From Eledone cirrhosa (taxonomy: Eukaryota): DNA of 64,000 nt. Below are positions 42,493 through 58,149 of the stretch, piece by piece. Under the pieces are notes generated by a model. It saw only the letters and a program-made list of their open reading frames with translations. It made no database searches and was not told where the DNA came from. How positions within the stretch are numbered: position 1 is the stretch's first letter; every line of letters starts with the position of its first letter. The DNA lies in the NCBI GenBank assembly GCA_964016885.1, contig OZ024741.1, positions 404,488,001-404,552,000 on the forward strand. Direction: 5' to 3'. Position numbers and translations under genes: made by a program.

Positions 42493-44317
42493 CTAGACCA
42501 TCCATGAGCTTGGCTGGTCTCGTTTGGTGATCCAGCTGGATCAGTTGGAGACGGTTGTTTCTGACAAGACCCACTGGAAGGAGTATTTCCACACCTACTA
42601 TCAGGAACGTGTCTGGGGTTCTCCTCTCTTCGGAGAGGTGTATCCTCGCGAGAATACTTTGTTGATCTTTGAAACCCGATCACAACAGTTGCTTTTGGTG
42701 TTGGGAGAAGTGATTAAAGAGGGGAGGTTGAAAGCAAGGGATGGCTAAATAGAGAAGGATGTGGTAAGGTAGGCAATGGAGTGAGAAGAAGAAGAAGAAG
42801 AAGAAGAAGAAGAAGAAGAAGAAGAAGAAGAAGAAGAAGAAGAAGAAGAAGAAGAAGAAGAAGAAGAAATATATCGCATGGCTTAGTGGTTAGAGCTTTG
42901 GGTTTGCAATTAAAGGATTGCTAGTTCAGTTCGCGGACCGGGTGATGCGTTGTGTCCTTGAACAAGACATTTTATTTCACGTTGCTCCAGTTTATTCAGC
43001 TGTAGGCATCAGACACGACATCACTGGTGCCAAGCTTGGCCATTGCCTTTCCCTTCGTCGAATCAGTGGCGTGGTGAGGGGAGACTGGTATGTATGGGCG
43101 ACTGTTGGTCTTCCATAAACAATCTTACCTCGACTTGTAGCTCGGAGGCGAACATTTTAGGTACAAAACCATGGTCATTGGTGACGGATGGAGACCTTCA
43201 ATATGTGTGTGTGTATTTGTGTGTGTGTGTGTCTGTGTGTGTATTTGTGTGTATATCTGTGTGTGTGTGTCTGTGTATGTGTATGTCTGTGTGCGTGTGT
43301 ATGTGTGTGTGTGTGTCTGTGTGTTTGTGTTCTGTGTCTGTGTGTCTGTGTGTGTCTGTGTGTCTGTGTTCTGTGTTCTGTGTCTGTGTATCTGTGTGTG
43401 TGTGTGTGTGTGTGTATGTGTTTCTGTCTGTGTGTGCGTGTGTGTTTGTGTGTGACTGTGTCTGTGTATGTGCGTGTGTATGTGTGTGTGTGTGTCTGTG
43501 TCTGTGTATGTATGTCTGTGTGTGTATGTGCGTGTGTATGTGTGTGTGTGTGTCTGTGTATGTATATTCGTATTAATGCATTGTACCAGTTACCACATTA
43601 TTATCTTGGATTGGCAGTTTCGGTTGAGGGTCGGACACCATGCTTTAACGCATAGAGTTACGGCCCTTGCCATTCTGAGTTCAAATCCCGCCGAGGTTAA
43701 CTTTGCCTTACATCCTTACGGGGTCGAAAAAATAAAGTACCAGTAATGCACTAGGTAATTGCTGGCCTTGTACCAAAAGTAGAAACAATTACTATCTAAT
43801 CCTTCGTTTCAAATATATAACCTGTTGAAATATGACCCTTTTTATATCCCCTGTATGTATTTATTTCTTTGATGATACTGTAAAACAAATTCCTATATTC
43901 ACATATGCACACAAATAAAGTCACATAGAAAAAATTAAAAAGTTGGATATACATTAATTATTTGTTTACATAATTCCAAAATTTAATCATATAAAATTAC
44001 TCGCAGCCCTTTCTGCTCCGGTTTCCACTCTAATCAGATTATATTCTTACATCAGTGGTCGTCATAAACAACAATCTTTATTTCCATCTAATAGTTTTAA
44101 GAATGCTAGCAGAAAAACCATCCTTCGGGTGGTTTTCTACTAGCATGTGTATTGTGTATATTGATATTATACGCAAGTATATAAACATGTAGATATGATA
44201 CATCAAATAACATCGTAATTGACAATATACACATAAATTGAACGAAGACTGCATTACACTGTCTTATGTAATCAGTAACGTAATCCATGATACATTAAAA
44301 AAAGGCGATATATATAA

Positions 44318-44348
<31 letters not shown>

Positions 44349-44664
44349 CTTCTTCTTCTTCTTCTTCTTCTTCTTCTTCTTCTTCAACATAATCCCCGGA
44401 AAGAAACAATGCTCTTATTAGTAAAAAGAATTGAAATTAATGCATACAAGATTTCACAGCTTTAACATCACTCTTTCACAGTCAGCTTATGAACTTTTCA
44501 GCCGATCCTCTGATATGTTTCCGTTTTAAGATAATGCGCTCCAAATTGAGGGAGATTCTAGCTGCTATGTCTAGCAGGTCTAGTAACCATATAGAGGTTC
44601 CCATCACAGTTTTATTTTCAGCAACACATTTGTGAAAAAGATGTTCAGGGGAAAATTATTTACG

Positions 44665-44960
44665 GGATAAAGTTGGTATATCTTAAGTACCGGTCGCTCT
44701 CCGACAGGTTTGCGGTTGTACCCCTGGCAGTGGAGACTTCTGGTGTCCTCGGCCCTAATGCTACCTCCCTACTCACCACTATACGTGCTGAGTTGGCCAG
44801 CCGCATGTGTGAGCCCCGCGAGTTGGAATGGCTGTTCCAGCGCGTCTCTCTTGCCGTCCTCCGGGGAAACGCCTTCTCCATTCTGTCCGCCGGGGCTGTG
44901 GGGAGGCCACCAATATGATTGACTAACTTGTCATTTCATCAGTCAGATACAAAAAAACAT
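44665..44960 (+). mobile_element. CRE-clade non-LTR retrotransposon 3' end (RLE domain)
   Basis: KYRSLSDRFAVVPLAVETSGVLGP..EPRELEWLFQRVSLAVLRGNAFSIL. Confidence 0.85.
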
Positions 44961-44962
44961 TT

Positions 44963-45186
44963 TTAACCCTTTAGCACCTACAATACACTATATATACTAT
45001 TGTATTTTTGTGGTAAAGACTCTATTTTACATAATTATCTCACATAATATCGAATCTATGAGATTTAGATATTATTTATTTTGAGAATTATACCTTTACA
45101 TTGGTATGAGCAGCCGGTTACAGCCGGTTTGAACAGAAAGAGATGAGAGAATTCTGGCCGGATATGGCCGGTTTAAATGCTATAAT
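44963..45186. mobile_element. piggyBac-type MITE remnant
   Basis: ttaa|ccctttagca left end and ggccggatatggccggtttaaatgcta right subterminus. Confidence 0.5.
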
Positions 45187-45269
45187 ACATATAGTTATAA
45201 TTCTAACTTCTCTTATTCTCAGGGCAATAACAATGTACGATGGATACAACGAAGTTACAAGACAGACAG

Positions 45270-48087
45270 AAAGATACTATAGAAGATATTCTATGATACT
45301 ATATACGATATTCCATGATAGTATATAAGATATTCTATGATACTATATAAGATATTCTATGATACTATATACGATATTCTATGATACCATATAAGATATT
45401 CTATCATACTATATAAGATACTATATACGATATTCTATGATACTATATAAGATATTCTATGATACTATATACGGTATTCTATGATACTATATACGATATT
45501 CTATGATACTCTATACGATATTCTATGATACTATATACGATATTCTATGATACTATATAAGATATTCTATGATACTATATACACTATTCTATGACATTAT
45601 ATACGATATTCTATGATACTATATACGATATTCTATGATACTATATAAGATATTCTATGATACTATATACGATATTCTATGATATTATATACGATATTCT
45701 ATGATACTATATAAGATACTATATACGATATTCTATGATACTATATAAGATATTCTATGATACTGTATAAGATATTATATACGATATTCTATGAGACTAT
45801 ATAAGATACTATATAAGATATTCTATGTTACTATATAAGATATACTATGATACTATATAAGATACTATATAAGATAGTCTATGATACTATATAAGATATA
45901 ATATAAGATAGTATATCTTATATAGTATATATATATATGATACTATATATGATACTATATTAGATACTATATAAGATATAATATGATACTATATATGATA
46001 CTATATGAGATATACTATGATACTATATAAGATACTATATAAGATATTCTATGATACTATATAAGTTACTATATAAGATATACTATGATACTATATATGA
46101 TACTATATGAGATATACTATGATACTATATAAGATATACTATATAAGATATACTATATAAGATATACTATATAAGATATACTATATAAGATACTATATAA
46201 TACTATATAAGATACACTATATAAGATACTACATAAGATATACTATATAAGATACTATATAAGATACTATATAAGATATACTATATAAGATATACTACAT
46301 AAGATATACTATATAAGATACTATATAAGATATACTATAAAAGATACTATATAAGATATACTATATAAGATACTATATAAGATACTATATAAGATATACT
46401 ATATAAGATATACTATATAAGATGTACTATATAATATATACTATATAAGATACTATATAAGATACTATATAAGATACTATATAAGATATACTATATAAGA
46501 TACTTTATAAGATATACTAGATAAGATATATTAAGTTATACTATATAAGATACTATATATACGATATACGATATAAGATATACAATATAAGATATACTAT
46601 ATAAGATGCTATATAAGATATACTATATATGATACTATATATGATACTATATAAGATATACTATATAAGATATACTATATAAAATACTGTATATGATATA
46701 CTTCATAAGATATACTATATAACATATACTATATAAGATATACTATATAATATATACTATGATACTATATAAGATATACTATATAAGATATACTATATAA
46801 GATAATATATAATATACTATATAAGATATACTATATAAGATATACTATATAAGATACTATATAAGATACTATATAAGATACTATATAAGATATACTATAT
46901 AAAGTAATACTATAGAAGATATACTATATAATATATACTATAGAAGAGATAATATATAAGATATTCTATGTAAGATATACTATATAAGATACACTACATA
47001 AGATACACTATAAAAGATACTATATAAGATATATTATATAAGATATACTATATAAGATATACTATATAAGATACACTATGAAAGATACTATATAAGATAT
47101 ATTATATAAGATATACTATATAAGATGTACTATATAAGATATACTATATAAGATACACTATATATCATATACTATATACGATACTATATAAGATATACTA
47201 TATAAGATATACTATATAAGATATACTATATAAGATATACTATATAAGATATACTATATAAGATACACTATGAAAGATACTATATAAGATATATTATATA
47301 AGATATACTATATAAGATGTACTATATAAGACATACTATATAAGATATACTATATAACATATACTATATACGATACTATATAAGATATACTATATAAGAT
47401 ATACTATATAAGATATACTATATAAGATATACTATATAAGATACTATATAAGATACTATATAAGATATACTATATAAGATACTATATAAGATAGTATATA
47501 AGATATACTATATAAGATATACTATATAAGATATACTATATAATATATACTATATAAAAGATACTATATAAGATATACTATATAAGTTATACTATATAAG
47601 ATATACTACATAAGATACTATATAAGATATACTATATAAATATACTATATAAGATATACTATAGAAGATATACTATATAAGATATACTATATAAGATACT
47701 ATATAAGATACTATATAAGATACTTTATAAGATATACTATAGAAGATATACTATAGAAGAAATACTATATAAGATATATTATATAAGATATACTATATAA
47801 GATATACTATATATGATATACTATATAAGATATACTATATAAGATATACTATATAAGATATGCTATATAAGATATGCTATATAAGATATACTATATAAGA
47901 TATGCTATATAAGATATACTATATAAGATATACTATATAAGATACTATATAAGATACTATATAAGATATACTATATAAGATACTATATAAGCTATTAAAT
48001 AAGATACACTATATAAGATACTATATATGATACTATATAAGATATACTATATAAGATACTATATAAGATATACTATATTAGATATTC
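45270..48087. repeat. 2.8-kb AT-rich satellite (22-mer gatattctatgatactatataa grading into 14/12-mers gat[at]actatataa)
   Basis: Direct observation. Confidence 0.95.
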
Positions 48088-48294
48088 TTGGCTGGTTCGG
48101 TCAAGTCTAAATGTCAATTGATAGGTTTTTATATGATTGATGGGTTGGGGGTAAAGGGGGGTGATAGTGAGGAGGAGTGGTAGGATGTGGAGAGGTGAGG
48201 GGGTGATTGGGGGTGGGGATGATGGGGAGAGGAAAGCGGGAAAGAGAGAGAGGGTGAGAGGTGATGGGGAGAGAAGGGGTGAGAAATAAGGGGA

Positions 48295-48645
48295 AGAGAG
48301 AGATCTGGTGTCCTTGGCCCTAGGACCACCTTCCTACATACCACCATCGGTACTCCGTAACAGAGGAGAGATCTGGTATCCTTGGCCCTAGGACCACCAT
48401 CCTACACACCACCATCGGTACTCCGTAACAGAGGAGAGATCTGGTGTCCTTGGCCCTAGGACCACCATCCTACACACCACCATCGGTACTCCGTAACAGA
48501 GGAGAGATCTGGTATCCTTGGCCCTAGGACCACCTTCCTACACACCGCCATCGGTACCATGTAGCAGTGGAGACCTCTGGTGTCCTTGACCCTAGGACCA
48601 CCTTCCTACACACCACCATCGGCACCCTGTAGCTGTGGAGAGTTA
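48295..48645 (+). repeat. ~66-bp minisatellite derived from CRE RLE coding sequence
   Basis: The unit tctggtgtccttggccctaggaccacc..accaccatcggt aligns to 44727-44790. Confidence 0.75.
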
Positions 48646-49232
48646 TGGTTTCCTTACGGGGTCGATAGAATAAAGTACCAGTAATACACTGGTATAATTG
48701 CTGGCCTTGTGCCAAAAGTAGAAACAATATTAAATATATTTTTATATCATTTCTAAATCTTCGAATTGGCAGAGCTGTAAAACAACGGATAGAATGCTTT
48801 GTGGTATTCGGTTCGGCTTTCTGCTCCCTGAGTTCAGCTTCTGCCGAGAGATTGGGCACACCGCCATTTCTTTTTCAATGCCCAAGAACGCTGTATGTCA
48901 ATACGGTTCCCTAAAACCTCCCTCGGGAGTTACTTGACTACATTCTATACTACATCTATCTGAAATACGTGATTCCACCCCCACCTTATCTATATTGTAA
49001 TTGTTATTGATGCTGGTTAACCCTATCTCCACTCCAATGTAATATTCACATGTTAAAAGCCATTCCAATACTGTTTATCCCGGTGTTATATATAGCAGAC
49101 ATATTTTACAACTCGTCAGTGATTTTTCAGTTGATTTCCTTAATATATGGCGGAAAACAGATGGAGTGAGCACGTGCAAAGTAGAGACTCCGTCGTCGGC
49201 TTTTACCAATATCATTTAATTGGATCAGGTTT

Positions 49233-49455
49233 AGAAGAAGAAGAAGAAGAAGAAGAAGAAGAAGAAGAAGAAGAAGAAGAAGAAGAAGAAGAAGAAGAAG
49301 AAGAAGAAGAAGAAGAAGAAGAAGAAGAAGAAGAAGAAGAAGAAGATGATGATGATGATGATGATGATGAAATAGAAGAAGAAGAAGAAGAAGAAGAAGA
49401 AGAAGAAGAAGAAGAAGAAGAAGAAGAAGAAGAAGAAGAAGAAGAAAAAGAAGAA
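49233..49455. repeat. (GAA)n(GAT)n(GAA)n microsatellite
   Basis: Direct observation. Confidence 0.95.
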
Positions 49456-49760
49456 GGTTTTAATATTATCACTCTCCTCAAGAATCACGTGATAATTATA
49501 ATTACCCCCCCCCCCCCCCTCCTCTCCACCGTTTCTACACCAAATTGATTGTCAGTGATTTTCCCTGATAGTTCTAATATTGTACAACAATTCTATGGAA
49601 GAAGTAATTCCGCTAATGCATTTGTTTAATATTTATTAGAAAGTTCCTGAATAAAAGAAAGGTAAACAAAACAATGAATGAAATTAAATGTATTTCTTTA
49701 GAGACTTAGCTGTTTCTATTGGTGAAAATGGGGTTATATATATATATATATATATATATA

Positions 49761-49963
49761 TAGGAACGAGTAGGACCCCGACGGCTGAGCTGAAGCCGTT
49801 TCGACGGCTAATTCATGACTAAATTTAGTCCAGAATTAGCCGTCGAAACGGCTTGAGCTCAGCCGTCGGGGTTTTACTCGCTCCTATTACCCACTCTACT
49901 ACCCTAAGTATTGAGTACTTTGGTGCGTTATGGTCCACCTGGTTCTTTACCACATTTCCTTCG

Positions 49964-49965
<2 letters not shown>
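49761..49965 (+). mobile_element. Family B fold-back mini-element
   Basis: Similarity to the other family B copies. Confidence 0.85.
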
Positions 49966-50734
<769 letters not shown>

Positions 50735-50907
50735 CAAAATTAAGATAATCAAAAATATGGGTGTCATGCCAGAAAGACATGCGCCATATCACCCGCAAAA
50801 TAAGCTCCAAGATTCTAACGAATAGGTCCGAGCATTTTATAATTATCTCCTGTGATTATTCATGTTTATTTATATGTTAATCAATTTCTAGTTATTATAT
50901 ATATATA

Positions 50908-51912
50908 CTAGCAGTAAAGCCCGGCGTTGCTCGGGGTCGCTCAGTAGCTGTGTTAAAGTTACAATGTTAAGTTTCTTTCTTGGCTTAAAAACTGTAGTGT
51001 CTACTGTGCAGACTTGCATGTGGTGTTTTTGATTAATATTCCCTCAACCAACAATATGCCTTATGAAGTCAAGAAAACATAACGATAACCCGAATGTTAT
51101 AACAAAAGAGGATGCTGGGGATAGAAACTGCACTGGTTATTTATTAACAAAGATCGAAAATGTAAACACTGCAACGCAGAGAAAAACATTAGCGTAACCA
51201 AATTATCAGTTATGTCTGTCTGCACGCCTATATCACCTCTCTGCACGACTGTCTGTCTGCACGCCTATATCACTTCTCTGCACGACTGTCTGTCTGCACG
51301 CCTATATCACCTCTCTGCACGACTGTCTGTCTGCACGCCTATATCACCTCTCTGCACGACTATCTGTCTGCACGCCTATATCACCTCTCTGCACGACTGT
51401 CTGTCTGCACGACTGTCTGTCTGCACGACTGTCTGTCTGCACGCCTAACGACGAAATATTTGCTTGTTTTACGTAGTCTTTAAATAGACTTGTTTTCAAG
51501 TAAAAATATTGTTTTAAAATGCTTTTAAATGGAAATGAAGCAAAACGGAAGCTTAGTGTTCGAACTGATGAATTTTGCAGGTCAATATTTTGCTGGCTCG
51601 ACAACTGTTCGTGTATTGTGTTAATGTCATTTTAAACGCTGAGAAAGCCAGCGTAATTTTTTACGTAAGACGCTCAATGTAAACAGAACAAAGGGAAATA
51701 ACTGATAACTTACGCTCAAAAATCGATACATTATATTCGATTTCGTCACATAGGATGGGTCAATTTGAAATATCTTTTTTCCGATGTCTTCGCTAGGGCT
51801 CAATGTACAAGTATAGCAATTTCGGTGCAATTCCGTCAGAGATTCTAAGAGGAGATGTGTGCCAAAAATCGATAGACAGACAGACAGACAACCACAGTTT
51901 TATATATATAGA
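50908..51912 (-). mobile_element. Non-autonomous Helitron with an internal 37-bp tandem repeat (51213-51447)
   Basis: a|TCtatatatataaaa...cccgagcaacgccggg..CTAG|t. Confidence 0.8.
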
Positions 51913-51944
51913 TATACATATATATATATGCATATATTTATATA

Positions 51945-53632
51945 TATATTGTTATACTTGGGGAGGGTCATATTTGTGTAATAATATTGTCTTTTTATCG
52001 GTTAATTTAATTAATTCGGTCCTCAATGTTACCATTGACTGACCAACGGTCAAAAATACAGATACAATATAGACACAAACATATATATATAGTCTAACAA
52101 AGTTCTTTCGTTGCACATCTGCAACATCGTCAGTGGTGCTATTATGTTTCCTCCCGTTGTATTGTGTGCCTACGCCATCTTTATTTAGTCTGTTTATTTA
52201 TTTATTTATTTATTGTCTTCTCTGCGCATGCGTTTGCGTGTGTGTATTGTGTTTGATGTGTGTTCGAGTTTGGGTGACTCTGTATTGGTCATTGTATTCT
52301 GTCTTAGTTTACTAGTGTGTGTTTATATGTGCTTGTTGTTATTATGCTTGTGTATGTATTTATTTATTTATACTTCTCTTAGGTCAGTATTGTTTGTTTG
52401 GGTGTTTTTATTCCATTCATTTTTTTCTGTTTAGCCTTGGCCTTCTTATGTTCTATTTCGCTGGCCTCTCTGATTTGCCTATCTGCTGGGTCATTTCTAT
52501 GTTTAGATATCATTCTAATTTCTATGTTGTCTATGTTACCGTCATGTTGTTGTCTGGCGTGTTCTGAACCGTTTTGTCGTCCTTTTAGTTCCCCCCAGTG
52601 TTGGTCTATCCTTTCCCCTATGCTACGAGCTGTCTCGCCTATGTATGTTGTTGTCATGTTTCTGCAAGTACCCTCTGTACATCTTATGCTATAGACTACG
52701 TTCCTAGTTTTACAGTTTATCCGGTGGTTTACTTTACATATAATACATTTCCTATTAGTACAGTGGGTTTTCTTAAAAGGGTAGGTTTTGCTGATCAGGG
52801 ATTTTATGGTGGTTCCTGGCTTTTCTACCACCTTAATCTTTAAGTGGGTCTTTCTCAGGGCCTTTTTATACTGGTTAGCTAATTTCCCTCCAGGGGTAGC
52901 GTCCACAAACATGACACTCTGGTATCTCTGGTTGTCGTACCATGATGTGGCTTTCCCTATCTTATGTCTAGCCCTATCTAAGCTATTCCATGATTTGCTC
53001 CTGTATATGGCAAATTCCTTTCATGTCCAGTTCTATGAGGGTCTCATACTTCTCCGTGGCTCCTTCATATACTTTGATTCTGTCTCTTTGGTTGTAGCCA
53101 GAGAACTGCATGCGATTGATGAAGTGTTGGATGTGTCTTTCCATTTCTGTTGGGTCGCACATGCGGGACACGTTCTTCATCACTCGTACCATGTCTGCTA
53201 TCAGAATATTAAACTTAACACTACTGGACATTGCTTAGTTTTTGAGTATCAGGTATTTGGAGACCATGGGTTTAGCATAGTGTGAGTGGAGAATTTGGGC
53301 TCTCTCGTCTATAGTGTTAATCCAGAGTTCCGTGTCTAATAGAGATAGTCTATTGTTAGGCTATTTGGAAGTGTAGTCAATAGTTACAGTTATACTCTGG
53401 TGTATGAAATTAGCTATCTGCTGGATTTCTTTCCATTGTGCTACGTTCTAAATCAAACTTGTTAGTACTCTCTTGTGGGGATGTCCTTATTACTATATTG
53501 ATGTCGTCTACGTAACGAGAGTACATGATGGGGTCTATGGAGCTCTCATATATATATATAGATATGAGAGCTCCATAGACCTCATCATGTACTCTCGTTA
53601 CGTAGACTACATCAATATATTAATAAGGACAT
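51945..53632 (-). mobile_element. 5'-truncated Penelope-like element (Naiad- or Neptune-like): RT, Cys linker, GIY-YIG, HHR
   Basis: MYSRYVDDINI, ILHSHYAKPM, KVVEKPG..CTNRKCIIC..C..VVYSIRC..YIGETARSIGER. HHR CTGACGA..GAAA at 52096-52136(-). 3' terminus resembles family C. Confidence 0.9.
52379..53550 (-). pseudogene. Disrupted PLE RT-EN ORF
   Basis: ORFs 52379..52912 and 52983..53231 plus upstream frames with stops and frameshifts. Confidence 0.85.
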
Positions 53633-53830
53633 ATATTTTCCTATATATATATGCATATATATATAGGAAAATGTTCAGGAACCCGACTTTAGTCCAGAAA
53701 TAGCCGTCGAAACTGCTTGAGCTCTGCCGACGGGATTCCTGAACGTATTCCTATTCCCCACTCTACTACCCAAAGTATCGAGTACTCTGGTATGTTATGG
53801 TCCACGTGCTTCCTTACCACACTTCCTTCG

Positions 53831-53901
<71 letters not shown>

Positions 53902-53905
<4 letters not shown>

Positions 53906-54179
53906 ATTAGAAAGTGAACAACACAAAATATAACTACTCCATTACCAAAGGTTTCTGGTACCCAGACGATAATAATATACGTATGGATCGGTCGTCAGAA
54001 TAAGATGTTATGGATAAAAAATATATAAAATATATCTAAAAGATATATAATTCTGGGATCCAGAAACCTTTGGTAATGGGGTAGTTATATTTTGTGTTGT
54101 TCACTTTCTAATTAAATAGCTCTGTTGTATACATAGAGCACTCTTTTTGTACTTTGCTTTACCTTCGGAATTACCTAAC

Positions 54180-54180
<1 letters not shown>
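53902..54180 (+). mobile_element. Fold-back PLE end (family O)
   Basis: 53902-53964 is inverted at 54051-54115. HHR 3' half GAAA-cctttg-GTA, then a tail. Confidence 0.7.
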
Positions 54181-54236
<56 letters not shown>

Positions 54237-54478
54237 TATGGGTGTATGTGGGTGTGTGTGTGTGTGTGCGTGCGTGTGTATGTATATATATATATATATC
54301 GGGCGGGGTATGTATATATATATACCACCATATTACTTGGACAGTCGGCTTCCTGGTGATTTCTCCCCGAATTAAACAGTTCTAGTCCTGTAGAGGCCAT
54401 TTCTATATTAAATAAATATACTCTGCTTTGTATTGAGTACCTTACTTACTGTGGTTACCCCCGATTTAACCCGGGATA

Positions 54479-54542
<64 letters not shown>

Positions 54543-55455
54543 GAAAACTATAGAAATTGTTGTAGCGAGAAGCTAACAGTATTCCATAATATATAAGTGA
54601 CTATAGCGTCAAAATGAGAAAATAGTTAACATAAGATATGGGAAAAATATTTCAAACTCAATTCAAAAAGAATCAGAATATATATATATATTCATTAGTT
54701 GAGCAAAACAAGACCACAAATTTCACAAGGAAGTCATTATTAAAAGATTGTCAACATAGTTTTAGTTTGATGTAAGGAATGTAGAGAATAATAATAATAA
54801 TATTAATAATAATTGTTTCTACTTTAGGCACAAGGCCAGCAATTAACCAGTGCATTACTGGTACTTTATTTTATCGGCCCCGTAAGGATGAAAGGCAAAG
54901 TCAACCTGGGCGGGATTTGAACTCAGATCGTAAAGGGATGTAACTATGCTGGAAAGCATGGCGTCCGACCCTCTATCGATACTGCCAATCCACCGATAAT
55001 AATGTCCGTTTACAATTATTTCGCTACTCCATATAATGTTACTGGATCAAATGATTATAGATCATTATTGATCTGGTTCAGTTGAAAATAATTAACTTAG
55101 GTACAATTAGAGCAGCTCATCGGAACTTCAAAAGGAATATAAATTAAAATATATATATAGAGAGAAACAGAGAGAGAAAGAGAGAGAGAGACAGAGGTGG
55201 GGAAGAAGACAGCTAAAACACGACCACGATGCTAAGCGGTTTCTGCCTGTATTCAGTTTCTTCGCATGCATAGAGTACTCCTCTTATTTATGGTCTCCCT
55301 GGTCTCAATACCAGACTGGAACTAGCTGTTGAAACGGCAAGATCTCAGCCGTCGTGTTCCGACCTCTTTATAATATATAATTATACTCGACTGCCCCAAG
55401 CATCGAGTACTCTTTTGGTGAATGGTCTAACTGATTTCAAATTGAATCCATCCTG

Positions 55456-55512
<57 letters not shown>

Positions 55513-58149
55513 TGTGAGTGTGTGTGTGTGTGTGTGTCTGTGTGTGTGTGAGTGTGAGTGAGTGTATATGTGTGTGTGTGTGTATGCGTGTGTGTGAGTG
55601 TGAGTGTGTGTATGTGTGTGTGTGTGTATGTGTGTGTGTGCGTGTGTGTTAGATGTGCCTATTCGTTCGCCCACACGCTCTCGAACTTACGTTCAGTTAC
55701 CGCTGTGGACTTGGATTTTCTTACCTTAAGTTGCTTCTTCGGTTTGTTGATTTTCTTTTTCACTCATTTTCTCTTTTCTTCCCTTTTTTCCCTTTCCCTT
55801 CTATTTTCCTTCCCCCACTGTTCCGTTTTCCCAATAACTTACCCAGTTATTTAAAGCTCTGGGGGTAGATATATTGTCTTTAAAGCGTTGAAATAGCCGA
55901 GACCCCCAGTAGACAACTGATGAAGAACCCCCGCTCTTGCTTTCTTCTTATTCTCATTCCATTTTTAAGCCTACCTTAACTAGAAACTACACAGCCAATC
56001 CTATTCTCCATATATTTTATATATATATACATATATATATATTTATATATATCATTTGGCAGTATCGGTAAAGGGTCGGACGCCATGCTTTGACGCATAG
56101 CGTTACGGCCCTTTCCATTCTGAGTTCAAATCCCGCCGAGGTTAACTTTGCCTTTCATCCTTACGGGGTCGATAAAATAAAGTACCGGTAATGTACTGGG
56201 GTCAATTTAATCGACTTCCCCCTCCCCCAAATTACTGGCCTTGTGCCTATATAAGACATCATTCTTGTTATTTAGATAGACTGGTGTGAGCTTTCGTTTC
56301 TATTCATAACTTTTTATTAGATAATTTTCATGTGCTGATATTTTTAGCTCCAGTCGGTCATTGCTACAGATATTTCGCGCTAAACCATTAACACTTGTAC
56401 ACAGGAAAAACAAGCTGGAAATGTGTATGTATTTTTATTATTTGTTCTATTTATGCTTTGCTAGAATGAAATTTTTCATGTTGTTGACAATTAATGAAAA
56501 CAAATTGAATGATTGCTAGTATAGTCATTTGAAACAATCCTGTCAAGAGCAAAATGATTGAGTACAAATATCTGATTAGTTTGGGGAAATTTCGATGAAA
56601 CAGATTAATTTGCACAGTGCAATGGAGGTTTTCAAATATAGTAATAAGCAACAATAATTTGTGATGCGATGTCGGAAATGAAACATGAAAGCTATGCATT
56701 AATTCATTAAAACAAGTTTAGCAAGTCCTTTTTGTAATTTCAAATAATTTCCAATGCTCTGGAAAAATAATGAATACTGATGTTCCGAAACAAACTCTGT
56801 CTTCGGTGAGGTATCTTATCCTAAGCATCAATATATTTTTCTCTACGAAAGCGGACGGACTTTTCTCGAAATGCCTGTAAACTTGACTCCCCGTGGTATT
56901 CGAAATTATCCAAATATGTAGCACTTTATTGTAGAAATTTTATCTACGCAGAACAACATTAAATTTCTCAGACACTGGTTTATATTTACATATTCTTTTT
57001 GTTTGTTTGGTCCCGTAATTCCTAAGGGAGTCGTAGGGACTCCGTATTGAGATATTTCAAACCTGGTGGAAACAATTTCCGCTCCAGGTCTGAATACAGC
57101 AGATTTCTTCTAGAGAAGGTTAGAAAGAGCGACAGAAAGGAAGTGGGAAACAGATATAGAAGAAGAATCAACCCATTACTTGACTGGTACTGTTTTTATC
57201 GATCTCGAATGGATGAAAGGCAAAGTTGGCATCGGCAGGATTTAAACTCAGGGAGTCGAAACGAATAACACAAAGGAATCTACTCAACGTTCTAACTACT
57301 CTGCTAATACTCCACCTCCTTATTTACATATACATGTTTAAAACACAATTTGTATATACATTAAATATGAAACACGAACATTAACTTCATTTCCATTCAT
57401 TTCTGCGCATCAATAATTAAATGACCGACGAATTTCGATATTTAATATTCATTTTTAATATAATCTTTTGATACAATACACCTAACATTATTGTGAAAAC
57501 TTGCATGAGAATTACATATAAATATGTCTGGTGGAAGAAACTAAATAAATTTGAGAATATTTATTAGCATCGTCATAAAATATATTTTCAGTTCAGCTTA
57601 TATCAGAACAAGTTTTGTTACTACCTAACAAATGTTTACTAAAGTGTCCAGACATTTTTTCTCTGATAGAATTATAAAGCTTTCTGGTTTTCTAGAAAAA
57701 CCCATAAAACAAATGTTTTTCTTCTTTCAATATATTATGAAAGAAAAATGTAATTTATGTTTCAAGTTTAATGGAAAAATTAGCTGAGAAAAGAAGTCTT
57801 GTGAATTTGTCTAGTAGACGATGTGAGAATTGCTGAAATTAGTAAAATACAATTCTCTAAATCAAACGATTGCAGCTAACCTTTCAAGGTGAAAACATAA
57901 ATTGCCATGAGCTGATGATGAACAATATTCAGCAGCAAGGAAACAACAGCTAGACATAATTAATTGTTTTAGACATAATTAATAAGTTATGGGAATATAG
58001 GGAAAGGAAAATATGTGGTAAAAATAAAGGTATTCTTTAACAATGTTATATGCAAAAAATAATACATAAATTTAAAACAAGTTTACATAGCACATATCAC
58101 ATTTTATATCTAGTAGAATGTATATACATGTAAGTGGTAATAAATTATG

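Noticed and set aside
49147-49548. Acidic poly-E/D ORF
   Set aside because: (GAA)n/(GAT)n microsatellite with no coding context.
55855-55945. Hammerhead around ctgatga at 55917
   Set aside because: No downstream GAAA with consistent stems.
56500-56960. Possible Tc1-like remnant (also 27700-27990)
   Set aside because: No diagnostic motif could be read.
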